From positions 1 to 43,552 of the forward strand of contig CAWAPJ010000004.1 in NCBI GenBank assembly GCA_963783885.1: a DNA stretch of 43,552 nucleotides. Reading direction: 5' to 3'. The translations under genes were made by a program, and so were the position numbers. Source of the DNA: Waddliaceae bacterium (GTDB lineage: Bacteria > Chlamydiota > Chlamydiia > Chlamydiales > SLFE01). This document shows, piece by piece, positions 18,531 through 28,496 of this stretch. Under the pieces are notes generated by a model, which ran no database searches, was not told the DNA's origin, and saw only the letters and a list, made by a program, of their open reading frames with translations. Numbering within the stretch: the stretch's first letter is position 1; every line of letters begins with the position of its first letter.

Positions 18531-19172
18531 ATCAAATCTCTCATATTCTCTCTGTGCGCTCTTGTGAGCTCTGTGGTTAATTACGCAACAAAGCCACTAA
18601 GCAAGGAAAAGGCCAGATATTAAAAAATGAAAAAAGAATTTGTGTTCATTTGTCAATAACATCCGGCCCTGAAGAAACTATTCTCTATGATACCCGAGCT
18701 TCAGGAATTCCCAAAGAACTCAATTTAGACAGTTGTATTACAGGGTTTCTTCATGGAATTTTAGGAATGCGTGTTGGAGAAGAAAGAGAAATCTACATAC
18801 ATCCATCATGTGCTTATGGGCTGTATACGAGATTGGAAAAGGGAGTGTACCTAAAAGCCAACATCAAACTTTTAAAAATTTATCCCAATGAATCTTTTGA
18901 ATCAATTCCCCCATTGAAAGATGTCGATATTGAGCAAGAATTTCCGAACGATCTAGAAGAAACCTATAAAATAAGTCAACAAAAAACCGGCTATTATCGC
19001 GGTTACCAAACTTGGATACACTATAAAAAATGCAGTCTCTATTCACTTCAACAAGTCCTAACGGAACTAGAAAAATTGCAGGAGGGAAAGTTCCTGAATA
19101 TTCCTCAATCAATAGATCCCAACAGAGTGATCAACCGTCTTCATTGGAATATCTATGTGAATAAAGTCGAAC

Positions 19173-19196
19173 CTAACTTCTCTTATGCCAGACGAC
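19173..19196 (+). repeat. 24-bp direct repeat, right copy (3' end of the GNAT-nitrilase gene)
   Basis: Identical to 15000-15023. Confidence 0.92.
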
Positions 19197-20726
19197 GCTG
19201 AAGAGGTCGTGGCGCCGATCGCTTAAATTGATAACGCTTCCCGACAGGCGTGATTCGTAGAGGCTGTCTAGCCTAAGATCCGCAAAGATAATGGTTTCCA
19301 CATTAGGCGTGCTGTCGGCCGCAATCCCATCGCGGGAAAATGAAAAATCGCAAGGGGTCAGAATGCAGCTTTGCCCGTATTGGATGTCCATGCTTTCGAC
19401 TTTGGGAAGATTGCCCACATTGCCAGCCAAAACAACATAGCATTGGTTTTCTACCGCTCTTGCATGGGCGCAGTACCGGACCCTTAAATAGCTTTGGCGC
19501 TGATCGGTGCAAAAGGGAACAAACAGGATATCGGCTCCCTGATCGACAAGGTGCCTGGACAGCTCGGGAAACTCTGAATCGTAGCAGATGAGAACGCCGA
19601 TTGTGCCGCAATCGGTATCGATGGCCTCCAGCTTGTCGCCGCCGGATATGTTCCACCAATACTTTTCATCGGGAGTCGGATGAATCTTGGGCTGCTCGAA
19701 GATAGAGCCGTCCCTCAAAAACACATAGCTAATGTTGTGCACCAGATTTTCCTGGATTTGCACCGGATGGGATCCGGCAATGATGTTCGTGTTATACTTG
19801 ATAGCCAGATCTTTGAAAAACTCTTTCAGATCTTCGGTATAATCGGTCAGCTTGAGTATCGCCTTCTCCGGTGGAAGCTTTTCAGTTTCCATTGACAAAA
19901 GCTGCAGGGTAAACAGCTCGGGAAAAACGACAAAATCGCATCGGTAATCATGAACAACGTCGACAAAATAGGTGATCAGTTTTTTAAATTCGGCAAAGGA
20001 GCTGATAGGCCTTTGCTGGTACTGTACTGCCGCTACACGAATAGATTCGGTTGCCTGTTTACCATTTTTAGTGGCAGCAGCCTCCTGAGCCGCGACTTCG
20101 TGATTGTACCACACCATATGGATGGCGTTTCCCATCGAATCCCTGTCAGTCGGAAGATAGTCCTTAAGAATGCCGATGATTTCAAAGCCCTGCTTAATTT
20201 GAAAGTTGATCACGGGATCGCGGATTTTTTTATCCAGAACCTGCTGCAGATACCCTTCCGGCGATTCAACATGCCGATACCGTTTGCGAAGGAGAGGCAT
20301 GCGCCCGGCGAATATAATTCCTTTGAGTCTTAAATATTTGCATAAACTTTTTCTTTCTTTATAAAAACGTTCTCCGATGCGCATCCGCCTGCAGTCGGGG
20401 TCGACAAAAATATCGACCCCATAAAGGAAATCCCCTTTGGGATTATGAGTCGAACAATAACCGTTTCCCGTAATCTCCCGCCAGGTGTGCCTCTTCATCG
20501 CTTTTTCTTCCGATATCATAATCGAGGCGCAGTACCCGACGACCTTGCCCTCTAAAACCGCAACAAACTGCCCTTCGGGAAAGCGTTTGATCTGCCCGCG
20601 AATTTCAGCTCTGCTGTAGGCCAGAGGCTTGGTGTAGACTTTGGTGGAAAGAGCGACGATTTCAGGGATGTCCGTCAATTTGGCATTGCGTATCACAAGA
20701 TCGGGCTTTGCTTCTTTTTTAACCAT
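19173..20726 (-). CDS. Bifunctional GNAT acetyltransferase / carbon-nitrogen hydrolase
   Basis: N-terminal FPEGQFVA..VDP..R..RIG GNAT domain; C-terminal FPEL, K.H.TP.E, ICYDSEFPE nitrilase triad. Confidence 0.93.
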   Translation of the reverse strand: MVKKEAKPDLVIRNAKLTDIPEIVALSTKVYTKPLAYSRAEIRGQIKRFPEGQFVAVLEGKVVGYCASIMISEEKAMKRHTWREITGNGYCSTHNPKGDFLYGVDIFVDPDCRRMRIGERFYKERKSLCKYLRLKGIIFAGRMPLLRKRYRHVESPEGYLQQVLDKKIRDPVINFQIKQGFEIIGILKDYLPTDRDSMGNAIHMVWYNHEVAAQEAAATKNGKQATESIRVAAVQYQQRPISSFAEFKKLITYFVDVVHDYRCDFVVFPELFTLQLLSMETEKLPPEKAILKLTDYTEDLKEFFKDLAIKYNTNIIAGSHPVQIQENLVHNISYVFLRDGSIFEQPKIHPTPDEKYWWNISGGDKLEAIDTDCGTIGVLICYDSEFPELSRHLVDQGADILFVPFCTDQRQSYLRVRYCAHARAVENQCYVVLAGNVGNLPKVESMDIQYGQSCILTPCDFSFSRDGIAADSTPNVETIIFADLRLDSLYESRLSGSVINLSDRRHDLFSVVWHKRS

Positions 20727-20859
20727 AGCCGGATCTTAAGCTATATCAAACAAGAATTTCAACCTTATCGCCCAGTTTCACAGTCCCCCGGCTTATATGA
20801 ATGAGGTTTTGATCGAAAATAATGCCTCGTTTTTGTTTTCGGTAGGTTGCCCAAGGTTC

Positions 20860-21126
20860 TCAGAGGTTCCCGGCCGAACGCAACAGTACCCTGATCCGTC
20901 TTCGGGAATAAAAAAGTCGGCAAGATGTATCCAAAAAATCGGTGAATGAGCGTGCAACCATCTCTCTCTGGTCAATAGCTCGGCACTCATCTTTCCAAAT
21001 ACTCACTAAAGCATCAGGGCCTTCGTCCGATTCGGAGAGAAAGATCGGCTCAAATCCGGGAATTGTACATGTAAAAAAACCCGATTCGATTTTCAGCATT
21101 CTACTTTGATTTTTGTTTGCTATCAA
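20860..21126 (-). pseudogene. Possible remnant resembling a SMI1/KNR4 (SUKH) C-terminus
   Basis: Short ORF overlapping the helicase stop; VARSFTDFLD resembles the SUKH terminal motif. Confidence 0.3.
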
Positions 21127-22553
21127 CTTTTCCGCGAATAAGCTTTTCGACGAGGCCTTGAACTTTTTTCTTTTCTGAAATTACCGAATTTTCCCCTCTT
21201 CTTGCGAAATGGTTTAGGTTCCGCTTTTAATTCCGCAGCAGTCATGCCTATGCGGTCGGGGCCGGAGATTTTCTCATTTTCCAGCAGCAAAGAGAGTAAG
21301 CAGGCGTTGATTTGATGAGCGTCCATTGTCTGTTTGAGCTCTTCTAAGTAACGAGACGCGTCATTGTCGATAGTTTGACTCTTGATGCCCGATAAGATTT
21401 GCTTCATTTTGAACTTTTTGACCTGCTCCAAAGTCGGTATGGAATCTAACTTCGGGGGCCGTCCATTCATTCTCTCAATTTTTTTGAGCCAGACTCTTTC
21501 CTTCGGTGTGATAAATGTCACCGCTATTCCGGTTTTCCCTGCCCGGCCTGTCCGCCCGATCCTGTGGGTATAGCTTTCCTCGGAAAAAGGGATCTCGAAA
21601 TTGTAGACATGGGTAATGTCGGAGACATCAAGCCCCCTTGCCGCGACATCCGTGGCAATGAGGAGCCGGCACCTTCCGAAGCGGAAGGAATCGATTGCCC
21701 GTTTTCGCTGGCTTTGCGCCATATCCCCGTGCAAAGCGGCAACCGAATACCCCTTGCCGAGCAAAACTTCCGACACTTGATCCACGTCTTTCTTGGTTGC
21801 GCAAAAGACCAGGGATTTCTGCTCTGATTCGCAGTCGATCAGCCGGATCAAAGCATCGGTCCTCTCATGGTGGCGGAGGAGATAGAATTTTTGGTCGATT
21901 TGCTGATGAGACGTATTTTCTTTCGAGAGATTGACTAAAAAAGGATCATTGAGCAGCTTTTTGGCCAGTTTCTTGATTTGTTTCGACATTGTCGCAGAAA
22001 ATAATAACGTCTGCCTCTCTTCGGGAAGATAGGAAACAATGGTTTCGATGTCTTCTAAAAAGCCCATGTCGAGCATTTCATCAGCCTCGTCGAGAATGAG
22101 GAATTTCGGGAGAAAGTGTTTAAGCTTTTTGGAGCGGTAGAGATCCAGAAGTCTTCCGGGTGTTGCGACAATGATTTTCGACTGTTTGATCATCTCGATT
22201 TGCCGGCCGAACGATTCGCCGCCGCAAACAGCTGTCGATTTAATCCCAAGAAACTCGCCAAAGCGGTTCAATTGTTCATTAACCTGCCTCGCCAGCTCCC
22301 TTGTGGGAGTCAGAACTAGGGCAGAGTTCTCGGGAGAGCCGGACATGAGTTCCAGTACAGGCAGGCCAAAGGCGGCTGTCTTGCCTGTTCCGGTTTGAGC
22401 CTGGCCAATGACATCTTTCCCCTCTAAAAGCGATGGAATGACCATGCTCTGTATGGGAGTCGGCCGGGCAAATCCCATTTTTTCAAGGGCTTTTAATATT
22501 GGAGGGTTGAGGCCGAGCGCCTCGAAAGTTTCCGGTTTTTGCTGATTGTTCAT
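21123..22553 (-). CDS. DEAD-box RNA helicase (DeaD/CshA-like)
   Basis: Q motif, AQTGTGKT, PTRELA, TPGRLLD, DEAD, SAT, ARGLD, HRIGRTGR. Confidence 0.96.
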   Translation of the reverse strand: MNNQQKPETFEALGLNPPILKALEKMGFARPTPIQSMVIPSLLEGKDVIGQAQTGTGKTAAFGLPVLELMSGSPENSALVLTPTRELARQVNEQLNRFGEFLGIKSTAVCGGESFGRQIEMIKQSKIIVATPGRLLDLYRSKKLKHFLPKFLILDEADEMLDMGFLEDIETIVSYLPEERQTLLFSATMSKQIKKLAKKLLNDPFLVNLSKENTSHQQIDQKFYLLRHHERTDALIRLIDCESEQKSLVFCATKKDVDQVSEVLLGKGYSVAALHGDMAQSQRKRAIDSFRFGRCRLLIATDVAARGLDVSDITHVYNFEIPFSEESYTHRIGRTGRAGKTGIAVTFITPKERVWLKKIERMNGRPPKLDSIPTLEQVKKFKMKQILSGIKSQTIDNDASRYLEELKQTMDAHQINACLLSLLLENEKISGPDRIGMTAAELKAEPKPFRKKRGKFGNFRKEKSSRPRRKAYSRKS

Positions 22554-22713
22554 GGTTTTTCCTTTAGGTTTAAGTTTAGCCTAAGAAAAAGCCAAACACG
22601 TGAATTAAATAATAACAGCTTTCCGAATTTAAAAAAACATTTTTCTAAATTAAATGATCGACAAATAGGCTGCCTTATGTTATATTATTTTTATAAAAAA
22701 TTGAGATATAATT

Positions 22714-24531
22714 ATGCATGAACCTGATAAAATCCGAAATGTAGCGATTATCGCCCACATTGACCACGGCAAGACCACTTTGCTCGACGCCCTTTTAAAG
22801 CAGTCGAAAATCTTCCGCGACAACCAGGAAATCCCCGAGAGGGTCATGGACTCCTACGATCAGGAGAAAGAGCGGGGCATCACCATTTTTGCCAAGCACA
22901 CCTCGATTTTCTATCGGGACTATAAGATTAACCTGATCGACACACCGGGACACGCCGACTTCTCCGGAGAAGTGGAAAGGGTTCTCGGAATGGTCAACTC
23001 CGTACTGCTGATTATCGATGCTTCCGAAGGGCCGATGCCCCAGACGCGCTTTGTTCTGTCAAAATCACTAAAATTGGGCCTACGCCCGTTTGTCGTGATC
23101 AACAAAATCGACCGGCCTCACGCCGATCCTGAAAGGGTTCTGAATGAAACTTTCGACCTGTTCGTGGAACTCGGCGCCAACGACGAGCAGCTCGACTTTC
23201 AGTATTGCTACGCTTCGGCGTTAAGCGGTTATGCGCAAAAAGAAACATCCGATCCCAAAGAGGATTTGACCCCCCTTATCGATTTGATGATCAATGCCAC
23301 TCCGGTGCCTCCAGGATCGCTTTCAGCCCCGTTTTTATTTCAGGCCTGCAGCATCGCCTATGACGATTTCCTGGGCAGAAAAGCTTGCGGTCGAGTTTTA
23401 GAAGGGCAAGTAAAAAAAGGACAGCAAATTCTTCATATCTCATCTGATGGAAAAAAAACAAAAAGCACCGTCACCTGCATCGAAGGGCATGTCGGCCTCG
23501 AAAGAGTGGAGCTGCCCGAAGCGGGCCTTGGCGATATTGTCAATATTTCCGGAATACCCGACGTTATGATCGGCGACACGCTCTCTTCTCCGGAAAACAC
23601 CGTCGTTCTCGCCCCCATAAAACTGGACGAACCGACCGTCTCTGTCGACATTGCCGTCAACAGCGGCCCTTTTGCCGGCAGAAGCGGCAAGCATGTGACG
23701 ATGAATAAAATCATCGACCGCATGGAAAGGGAAAAAAAGGCCAATATCTCTTATCACATATCCTTCTCCTCTGGCAATGAGCAAAAAGTCACCGTTGCCG
23801 GCCGGGGAGAACTGCATCTTGCGGTCCTTCTGGAAGCGCTTCGCCGCGAGGGATACGAATTTTGCGTTTCTACTCCTAAGGTCATTATCAAAGAAATCGA
23901 CGGCGTGGCCAACGAACCGATGGAGCGCGTTTATATCGAAGTTCCCAAGGACTATTCCGGCCCGGTCATCGAGCAGCTGTCCCGCAGCCGCGGAGAAATG
24001 CAGCATCTGCACACCGATCCTCAAGGAATCACCCATATGGAGTTTTTAATCCCGACAAGAGGATTGATGGGTTACCGGAATGAATTTTTGACATCGACCC
24101 GCGGTCTTGGCATTCTGACGTCGACCTTTGATTGTTTTGAGCCTTATAAGGGACCCATCCCCGGCCGAACATCAGGCGTCCTCATCGCAATGTCTTCCGG
24201 AAAGGCCAACGGTTTTGCCTGCTTTAATTTGGAAGACCGGGGCGCACTGTTTGTTGAGCCGGGAGACGACGTTTATGAAGGAATGATCGTCGGACAGCAC
24301 TGCCGGGACAACGATCTCATCGTCAATATTATCAAGGGAAAGCAGCTGACAAACGTCCGGGCTTCCGGTACAGACGAAAAAATTCTTCTAACCCCTCCCC
24401 GCACCTTTACCATCGAGCAGGCAATCAGCTATATCAATAAGGACGAGCTGATTGAAGTCACGCCAGGCGCCATCCGCCTGAGGAAAAAATGGCTCACCGA
24501 AAACGAGCGGAAGAGAAATAGTTCGGGATGA
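22714..24531 (+). CDS. typA: Translational GTPase TypA/BipA
   Basis: [42 protein letters not shown]. Confidence 0.97.
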   Translation: MHEPDKIRNVAIIAHIDHGKTTLLDALLKQSKIFRDNQEIPERVMDSYDQEKERGITIFAKHTSIFYRDYKINLIDTPGHADFSGEVERVLGMVNSVLLIIDASEGPMPQTRFVLSKSLKLGLRPFVVINKIDRPHADPERVLNETFDLFVELGANDEQLDFQYCYASALSGYAQKETSDPKEDLTPLIDLMINATPVPPGSLSAPFLFQACSIAYDDFLGRKACGRVLEGQVKKGQQILHISSDGKKTKSTVTCIEGHVGLERVELPEAGLGDIVNISGIPDVMIGDTLSSPENTVVLAPIKLDEPTVSVDIAVNSGPFAGRSGKHVTMNKIIDRMEREKKANISYHISFSSGNEQKVTVAGRGELHLAVLLEALRREGYEFCVSTPKVIIKEIDGVANEPMERVYIEVPKDYSGPVIEQLSRSRGEMQHLHTDPQGITHMEFLIPTRGLMGYRNEFLTSTRGLGILTSTFDCFEPYKGPIPGRTSGVLIAMSSGKANGFACFNLEDRGALFVEPGDDVYEGMIVGQHCRDNDLIVNIIKGKQLTNVRASGTDEKILLTPPRTFTIEQAISYINKDELIEVTPGAIRLRKKWLTENERKRNSSG

Positions 24532-25462
24532 TGCTGTCCAGCCAATACTTTCCCAAGAAAGGAATAGAGCCGTAAACGAATCCTACATGCCCCCCATGGT
24601 CTGTCAGAATCATTTCTGTTGTCTTCGACAACTCCTCTTTGGCGGGAATGACCTCTTCTGTCATAAAGGAATCATCTTTTGAATGAATGATTAAAGTCGG
24701 GACGGAGATTCCCGGCAAATATTGCCGGCTGCTTGAGCGTTCATAGTAATCGTGAACATCGCGAAACCCGTGCAAAGGGGCTGTGACAAAATCGTCGAAT
24801 TCCCAAAAACTTTTCAATTTGTCAATCTTTGCAAGGTCAAAGGGACAGGGCCTTCCGGCGAATTTCCTTTTGTATTTCCTTTTCAAGCTGCCGAGGAGAT
24901 GCCACTGATAGACCCGGCCAAAACCTTGAGTAAATCTATCGGCTACAATTGGGAGGACAAAAGGTACGGAGACAGCGGCTGCGGACTTTAGCAGCGTGTT
25001 TTTCGTCTCTCCCAACCACTTGAGAAGGACATTCCCGCCAATAGAAATTCCCACCGCGTGTATAGGCGCTTGAGGATGCCTTTCTTTCAACTGCTTGACG
25101 ACAAAATCGAGATCACCGGTATCCCCTGAATGGTAAGTCCTCTCCAGCCTGTTCATGGTGCCGCTGCATGTCCTAAAATGCATCAGGACAGGTCTAAAAC
25201 CCTTTTTGGTCAGAGCGGTCATCAGCCCTTTGGAGTAAGAAGAATTAATACCCCCTTCCAAACCGTGGAGAATGACAACAATCGGTTTTTCAATGTCGGC
25301 ATAGCTCGTGTTGTCCCAAACGCAATCGAGAAAATCCCCGTCGGGAAGCTCGACCCTCTCCCACTTTTCGGGCATCCAGGGTCGAATCCTCATGATCGAG
25401 GGCCAAATCGTTTGGGCATGGGGCCCCTTTAGCCACCAGGGCGCGTGAAATTTGTCAATCAT
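24494..25462 (-). CDS. YheT-family alpha/beta hydrolase
   Basis: HAQTIW, LPDGD, HGLEG, GISIGG, GGHVGF. Confidence 0.9.
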   Translation of the reverse strand: MIDKFHAPWWLKGPHAQTIWPSIMRIRPWMPEKWERVELPDGDFLDCVWDNTSYADIEKPIVVILHGLEGGINSSYSKGLMTALTKKGFRPVLMHFRTCSGTMNRLERTYHSGDTGDLDFVVKQLKERHPQAPIHAVGISIGGNVLLKWLGETKNTLLKSAAAVSVPFVLPIVADRFTQGFGRVYQWHLLGSLKRKYKRKFAGRPCPFDLAKIDKLKSFWEFDDFVTAPLHGFRDVHDYYERSSSRQYLPGISVPTLIIHSKDDSFMTEEVIPAKEELSKTTEMILTDHGGHVGFVYGSIPFLGKYWLDSIIPNYFSSARFR

Positions 25463-26387
25463 GGATAGCCCTCAGCAATCTGAAAATTTTAGGAACAGCT
25501 TCTCTCGCGGCAGCCTTTCCCGCCTCATAGCTGGCCTCATGGCTCGCATCGTCAAATAATCCGACATCATCTAGATCGGGCTGAATGATCACATCGGCTT
25601 CGGACGCGCAGAAAGTGCTCTGCGAAAGAGTCCGTATTTCGTGGCACCTTATCGCCACACCAAAGAGATTCGTCGGAAGAGACTCGGGCAAAAGAGTGGT
25701 CAAATCAACGGCAACAACGACCCCTGGAGAGTACTTTTTTGCTTCTCTTACCGGTACGGGATCAATGACTCCTCCATCGACAAAAATTTTGCCGCCTATT
25801 CTCACAGGACTAAATACAAAAGGAAAAGCGCAGGATGCGTGAACTGCGGGAGCGACAGGTCCTAAGCCGAATGAAACCAGTTCCCCAGTGCAAAGATCGG
25901 TAGCGACAACAATCAAAGGGATGCTGAGCTCCTCAAAATGTATTGCTCCCAGGTGTTTCAATAAAAAATTTTTCAACCCCGTTCCTCGAGAAAGCCCGTG
26001 ACACTTGGTGAAAAAGTCGAAAGTGATGAAATCTCCTCTTCGCATTTCAGAAAGTTCCGATTTAATCCAAGAAGCTGAAGGGTGACAGGAATACAGGGCT
26101 CCGACTAAGCTTCCCGCGCTGCACCCCACAATCATATCGATCGGTATGCCCTCTTCTTCAAAAACCTCTAAAACCCCGACATGAGCCATCCCTCGAGCCC
26201 CGCCTCCACTTAAAACGAGGGCTAGACGAATATCTTCGCTAGTCTGAGCTGCCGGAGGACTTGAAAGGCAATACATGTCATGATTGTACGTTTGCAGCCG
26301 AGACTGGCAGCCGCAAAGACTAAGCGACAAACTCAAGAGAAGGCAAAGTAGTCTTCCGGAGTTTTGTAATTCCCTCAACTTACTCAT
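25455..26387 (-). CDS. Patatin-like phospholipase, probable lipoprotein
   Basis: LSGGGARG, GCSAG, DGG; lipobox-like LCGC; start at ATG 26387. Confidence 0.92.
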   Translation of the reverse strand: MSKLRELQNSGRLLCLLLSLSLSLCGCQSRLQTYNHDMYCLSSPPAAQTSEDIRLALVLSGGGARGMAHVGVLEVFEEEGIPIDMIVGCSAGSLVGALYSCHPSASWIKSELSEMRRGDFITFDFFTKCHGLSRGTGLKNFLLKHLGAIHFEELSIPLIVVATDLCTGELVSFGLGPVAPAVHASCAFPFVFSPVRIGGKIFVDGGVIDPVPVREAKKYSPGVVVAVDLTTLLPESLPTNLFGVAIRCHEIRTLSQSTFCASEADVIIQPDLDDVGLFDDASHEASYEAGKAAAREAVPKIFRLLRAIHD

Positions 26388-27180
26388 TGTTTTCAAAATA
26401 TCGCGACAAATATTTATCTGCGATATAAGGGTAGCGTTTGGCAATGAATTGATCGAGGTTTTTCTTCTCGTTTAGAGCCATATTTTTCTGAAAGTAATTC
26501 TGATCCTCTCCCTTGGTTACCGAACTGAAATTACCGACTTTCCGATAATACTCGATCACCTTTTCCTTATGCTGGGAAAGTTCTGCAATGAATATGTCGA
26601 CATTCTCTTCCTCCAGACCGCTGAAATCAAGAATCTTTTTAAGTGTTTCCTTGGGCTTTTTCATAAAATCTTCATAATAAATCAAAAGCTTCCTTCCCTT
26701 ATAAGCATCAAAAATCTCAATATTGGTAAAATAATAATGCTCGCGGTTTTCAATGCCGGCAACCAAATCCTGGTAGGTTGCCTGCATACGGTCTCTAAGC
26801 AGCTGGGACGGAATGCATTCTTTATAGTTCCGGACAATGAGAATCATAGGCCCTGAAAGGTTCTCGATATCTTCGAGTTTATGAAGCTTCAAAAAATAAG
26901 GGTTGTCTTCCTTAACACCTAAAGGAAGGAAAGAATTTAAAGAGAGATTAAACTCTCTGTCGACCGAGGCAAGCAGCTGCTTTTTGTTATCGTAAGGTAG
27001 CGCCCCTTCATAAAATCCTCCCCCGGGGCCAAATGTTGGACACTTGAGGAGATATTCGATACAGTACCTCATCCAAGTATTGGCAGTGCGAGGATAGGAG
27101 GCGAGAATATAATGATCTTCCGCGATCAAGACCTGACTCATAAAAACGAAAAAAATCAAAAATCGTGCTAGCATAATCAT
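26380..27180 (-). CDS. Sulfotransferase-domain protein with signal peptide
   Basis: ASYPRTANTW (5'-PSB-like), IVRNYKECIPS (3'-PB-like), LIYYEDF. Confidence 0.8.
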   Translation of the reverse strand: MIMLARFLIFFVFMSQVLIAEDHYILASYPRTANTWMRYCIEYLLKCPTFGPGGGFYEGALPYDNKKQLLASVDREFNLSLNSFLPLGVKEDNPYFLKLHKLEDIENLSGPMILIVRNYKECIPSQLLRDRMQATYQDLVAGIENREHYYFTNIEIFDAYKGRKLLIYYEDFMKKPKETLKKILDFSGLEEENVDIFIAELSQHKEKVIEYYRKVGNFSSVTKGEDQNYFQKNMALNEKKNLDQFIAKRYPYIADKYLSRYFENNE

Positions 27181-27323
27181 CCGTTGTTTTTTTTAGATGA
27201 TCATACCTAAACCCATTTTATTTTTCACTTGATTGTTTTATTACTTTGATAACCAGTTGCCTATGTTTGAAATAGTCATTTTTTTACCAATCTGTTATGG
27301 AATTAAGTAAAGAGGATTCAAAT

Positions 27324-27662
27324 ATGGAAAAGATTGAAGTCGAACATGTTAAGGAAGCCATGAACAGTTCTGAGGCCACCGCCTTGATCAACGTTTTGTC
27401 TGAAGAAGCCTTCCTAAATGAGCATATACCAGGTTCTATCAACATCCCGATAGGATCGGAAGAAGATTTTGTCCAAAGAGTCGAAAGCGTGCTCCCCTCA
27501 AAAAGCTTCCACATAATCGTATACTGCTCCGGCCCTTCCTGCAGCGCGTCGGAAAAAGCCGCAAAAGAGCTGGATAAAGCCGGCTTTCTGTCAGTCATGA
27601 GATTCGCCGGAGGCATGAAAGGGTGGAAAGAAGCCGGCGAACCTGTAGAATCCGGTCAATAG
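27324..27662 (+). CDS. Rhodanese-like domain protein
   Basis: HIPGSINIP, IVYCSGPSC, GGMKGW; GAGGA RBS before ATG 27324. Confidence 0.9.
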   Translation: MEKIEVEHVKEAMNSSEATALINVLSEEAFLNEHIPGSINIPIGSEEDFVQRVESVLPSKSFHIIVYCSGPSCSASEKAAKELDKAGFLSVMRFAGGMKGWKEAGEPVESGQ

Positions 27663-27671
27663 GAGTTAGCT

Positions 27672-28496
27672 ATGAAAGATCGCGCCTTCCCCTTTATTCC
27701 CTTAAACAAAAGGCAAAATAAACCCCGCGACCGAGGTATTACCGAAATCCGGGGTCCCTACTACACGGTCATGGGACAAAGATATCTCCAAGATATTCTC
27801 GAAACGATGGGCCACTTTGTCGACTCGGTGAAATATGCCGGCGGATCATTTACAATGATGCCAAGAGACGCAGTCAAACAATTGAACGACATATGCCACA
27901 AGCACGATGTTCTCATATCGACAGGCGGGTTCATAGAAACCGTTCTCGCCCGCTGCCCCGACCTCGTGGATAAATACATTGAGGAATGCCGGGTCCTTGG
28001 CTTCGATATTGTCGAAATATCCGTGGGATTCATTACGATACCGGAAGACGATGTCTTGAGACTTGTTGAAAAGGTGCAAAAGGCCGGGCTAAAAGCAAAA
28101 CCCGAAGTGGGCATCCAGTTCGGGGCAGGAGGGACCGCTACAGAAGAAGAACTTGAAGAAGAAGGCCAAAAAGATCCGGCAGCGGCAATCCATCTGGCTA
28201 AAAGAGCCCTTGATGCCGGCGCTTACATGATCATGGTCGAGTCAGAAGGGATTACTGAAAGCGTCAAAACATGGAGAACTGACGTCCCGCCCCGTTTCGT
28301 CAATGAACTGGGGCTGAAGAACGTCATGTTTGAAGCTGCCGATCCACTCGTTTATGAATGGTATGTCAAAAACTACGGGCCCGAAGTCAATGTCTTTATC
28401 GACCACAGCCAAATCGTTCATCTGGAATCGATTCGCTCCGGCTCCTGGGGCACTAAAAGTCTTTGGGGACGTGTGGTGACATATAAGCCCGATTGA
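27672..28496 (+). CDS. Phosphosulfolactate synthase family (ComA/HSA32-like)
   Basis: KPR.RG.TEIRGPYY, STGGFIE, KPEVG, MVESEGI, FEAA, GPEVNVF. Confidence 0.88.
   Translation: MKDRAFPFIPLNKRQNKPRDRGITEIRGPYYTVMGQRYLQDILETMGHFVDSVKYAGGSFTMMPRDAVKQLNDICHKHDVLISTGGFIETVLARCPDLVDKYIEECRVLGFDIVEISVGFITIPEDDVLRLVEKVQKAGLKAKPEVGIQFGAGGTATEEELEEEGQKDPAAAIHLAKRALDAGAYMIMVESEGITESVKTWRTDVPPRFVNELGLKNVMFEAADPLVYEWYVKNYGPEVNVFIDHSQIVHLESIRSGSWGTKSLWGRVVTYKPD

Larger units (their letters stand above)
17032..18595 (+). mobile_element. IS5-family (IS903 group) element carrying a passenger GxxExxY gene
   Basis: TIRs GGCGTTGTTGCATAAAT / GGCTTTGTTGCGTAATT; 9-bp target duplication ACTAAGCAA at 17023-17031 and 18596-18604. 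Confidence 0.92.
15730..19201 (+). pseudogene. Secreted protein with C-terminal FKBP (Mip-like) domain, disrupted by an in-frame TGA (16807-16809) and by the IS at 17032-18595
   Basis: ORFs 15730 and 16828 share a frame. Removing the IS plus one 9-bp repeat gives LYYMITKQGKG..CVHL..ILYDT..ITGFLHGILGMRVGEEREIYIHPSCAYG, about 632 codons in total. Confidence 0.85.

Noticed and set aside
15303-19201. Genome-wide alternative genetic code
   Set aside because: Host genes such as ppa, typA and the rest of the window terminate normally at TGA and use TGG for Trp
23440-24036. 198-aa minus-strand ORF inside typA, and similar antisense ORFs in dinB, polX, the helicase, nitrilase, NUDIX and collagen genes
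   Set aside because: Antisense shadows of well-supported genes with no motifs of their own
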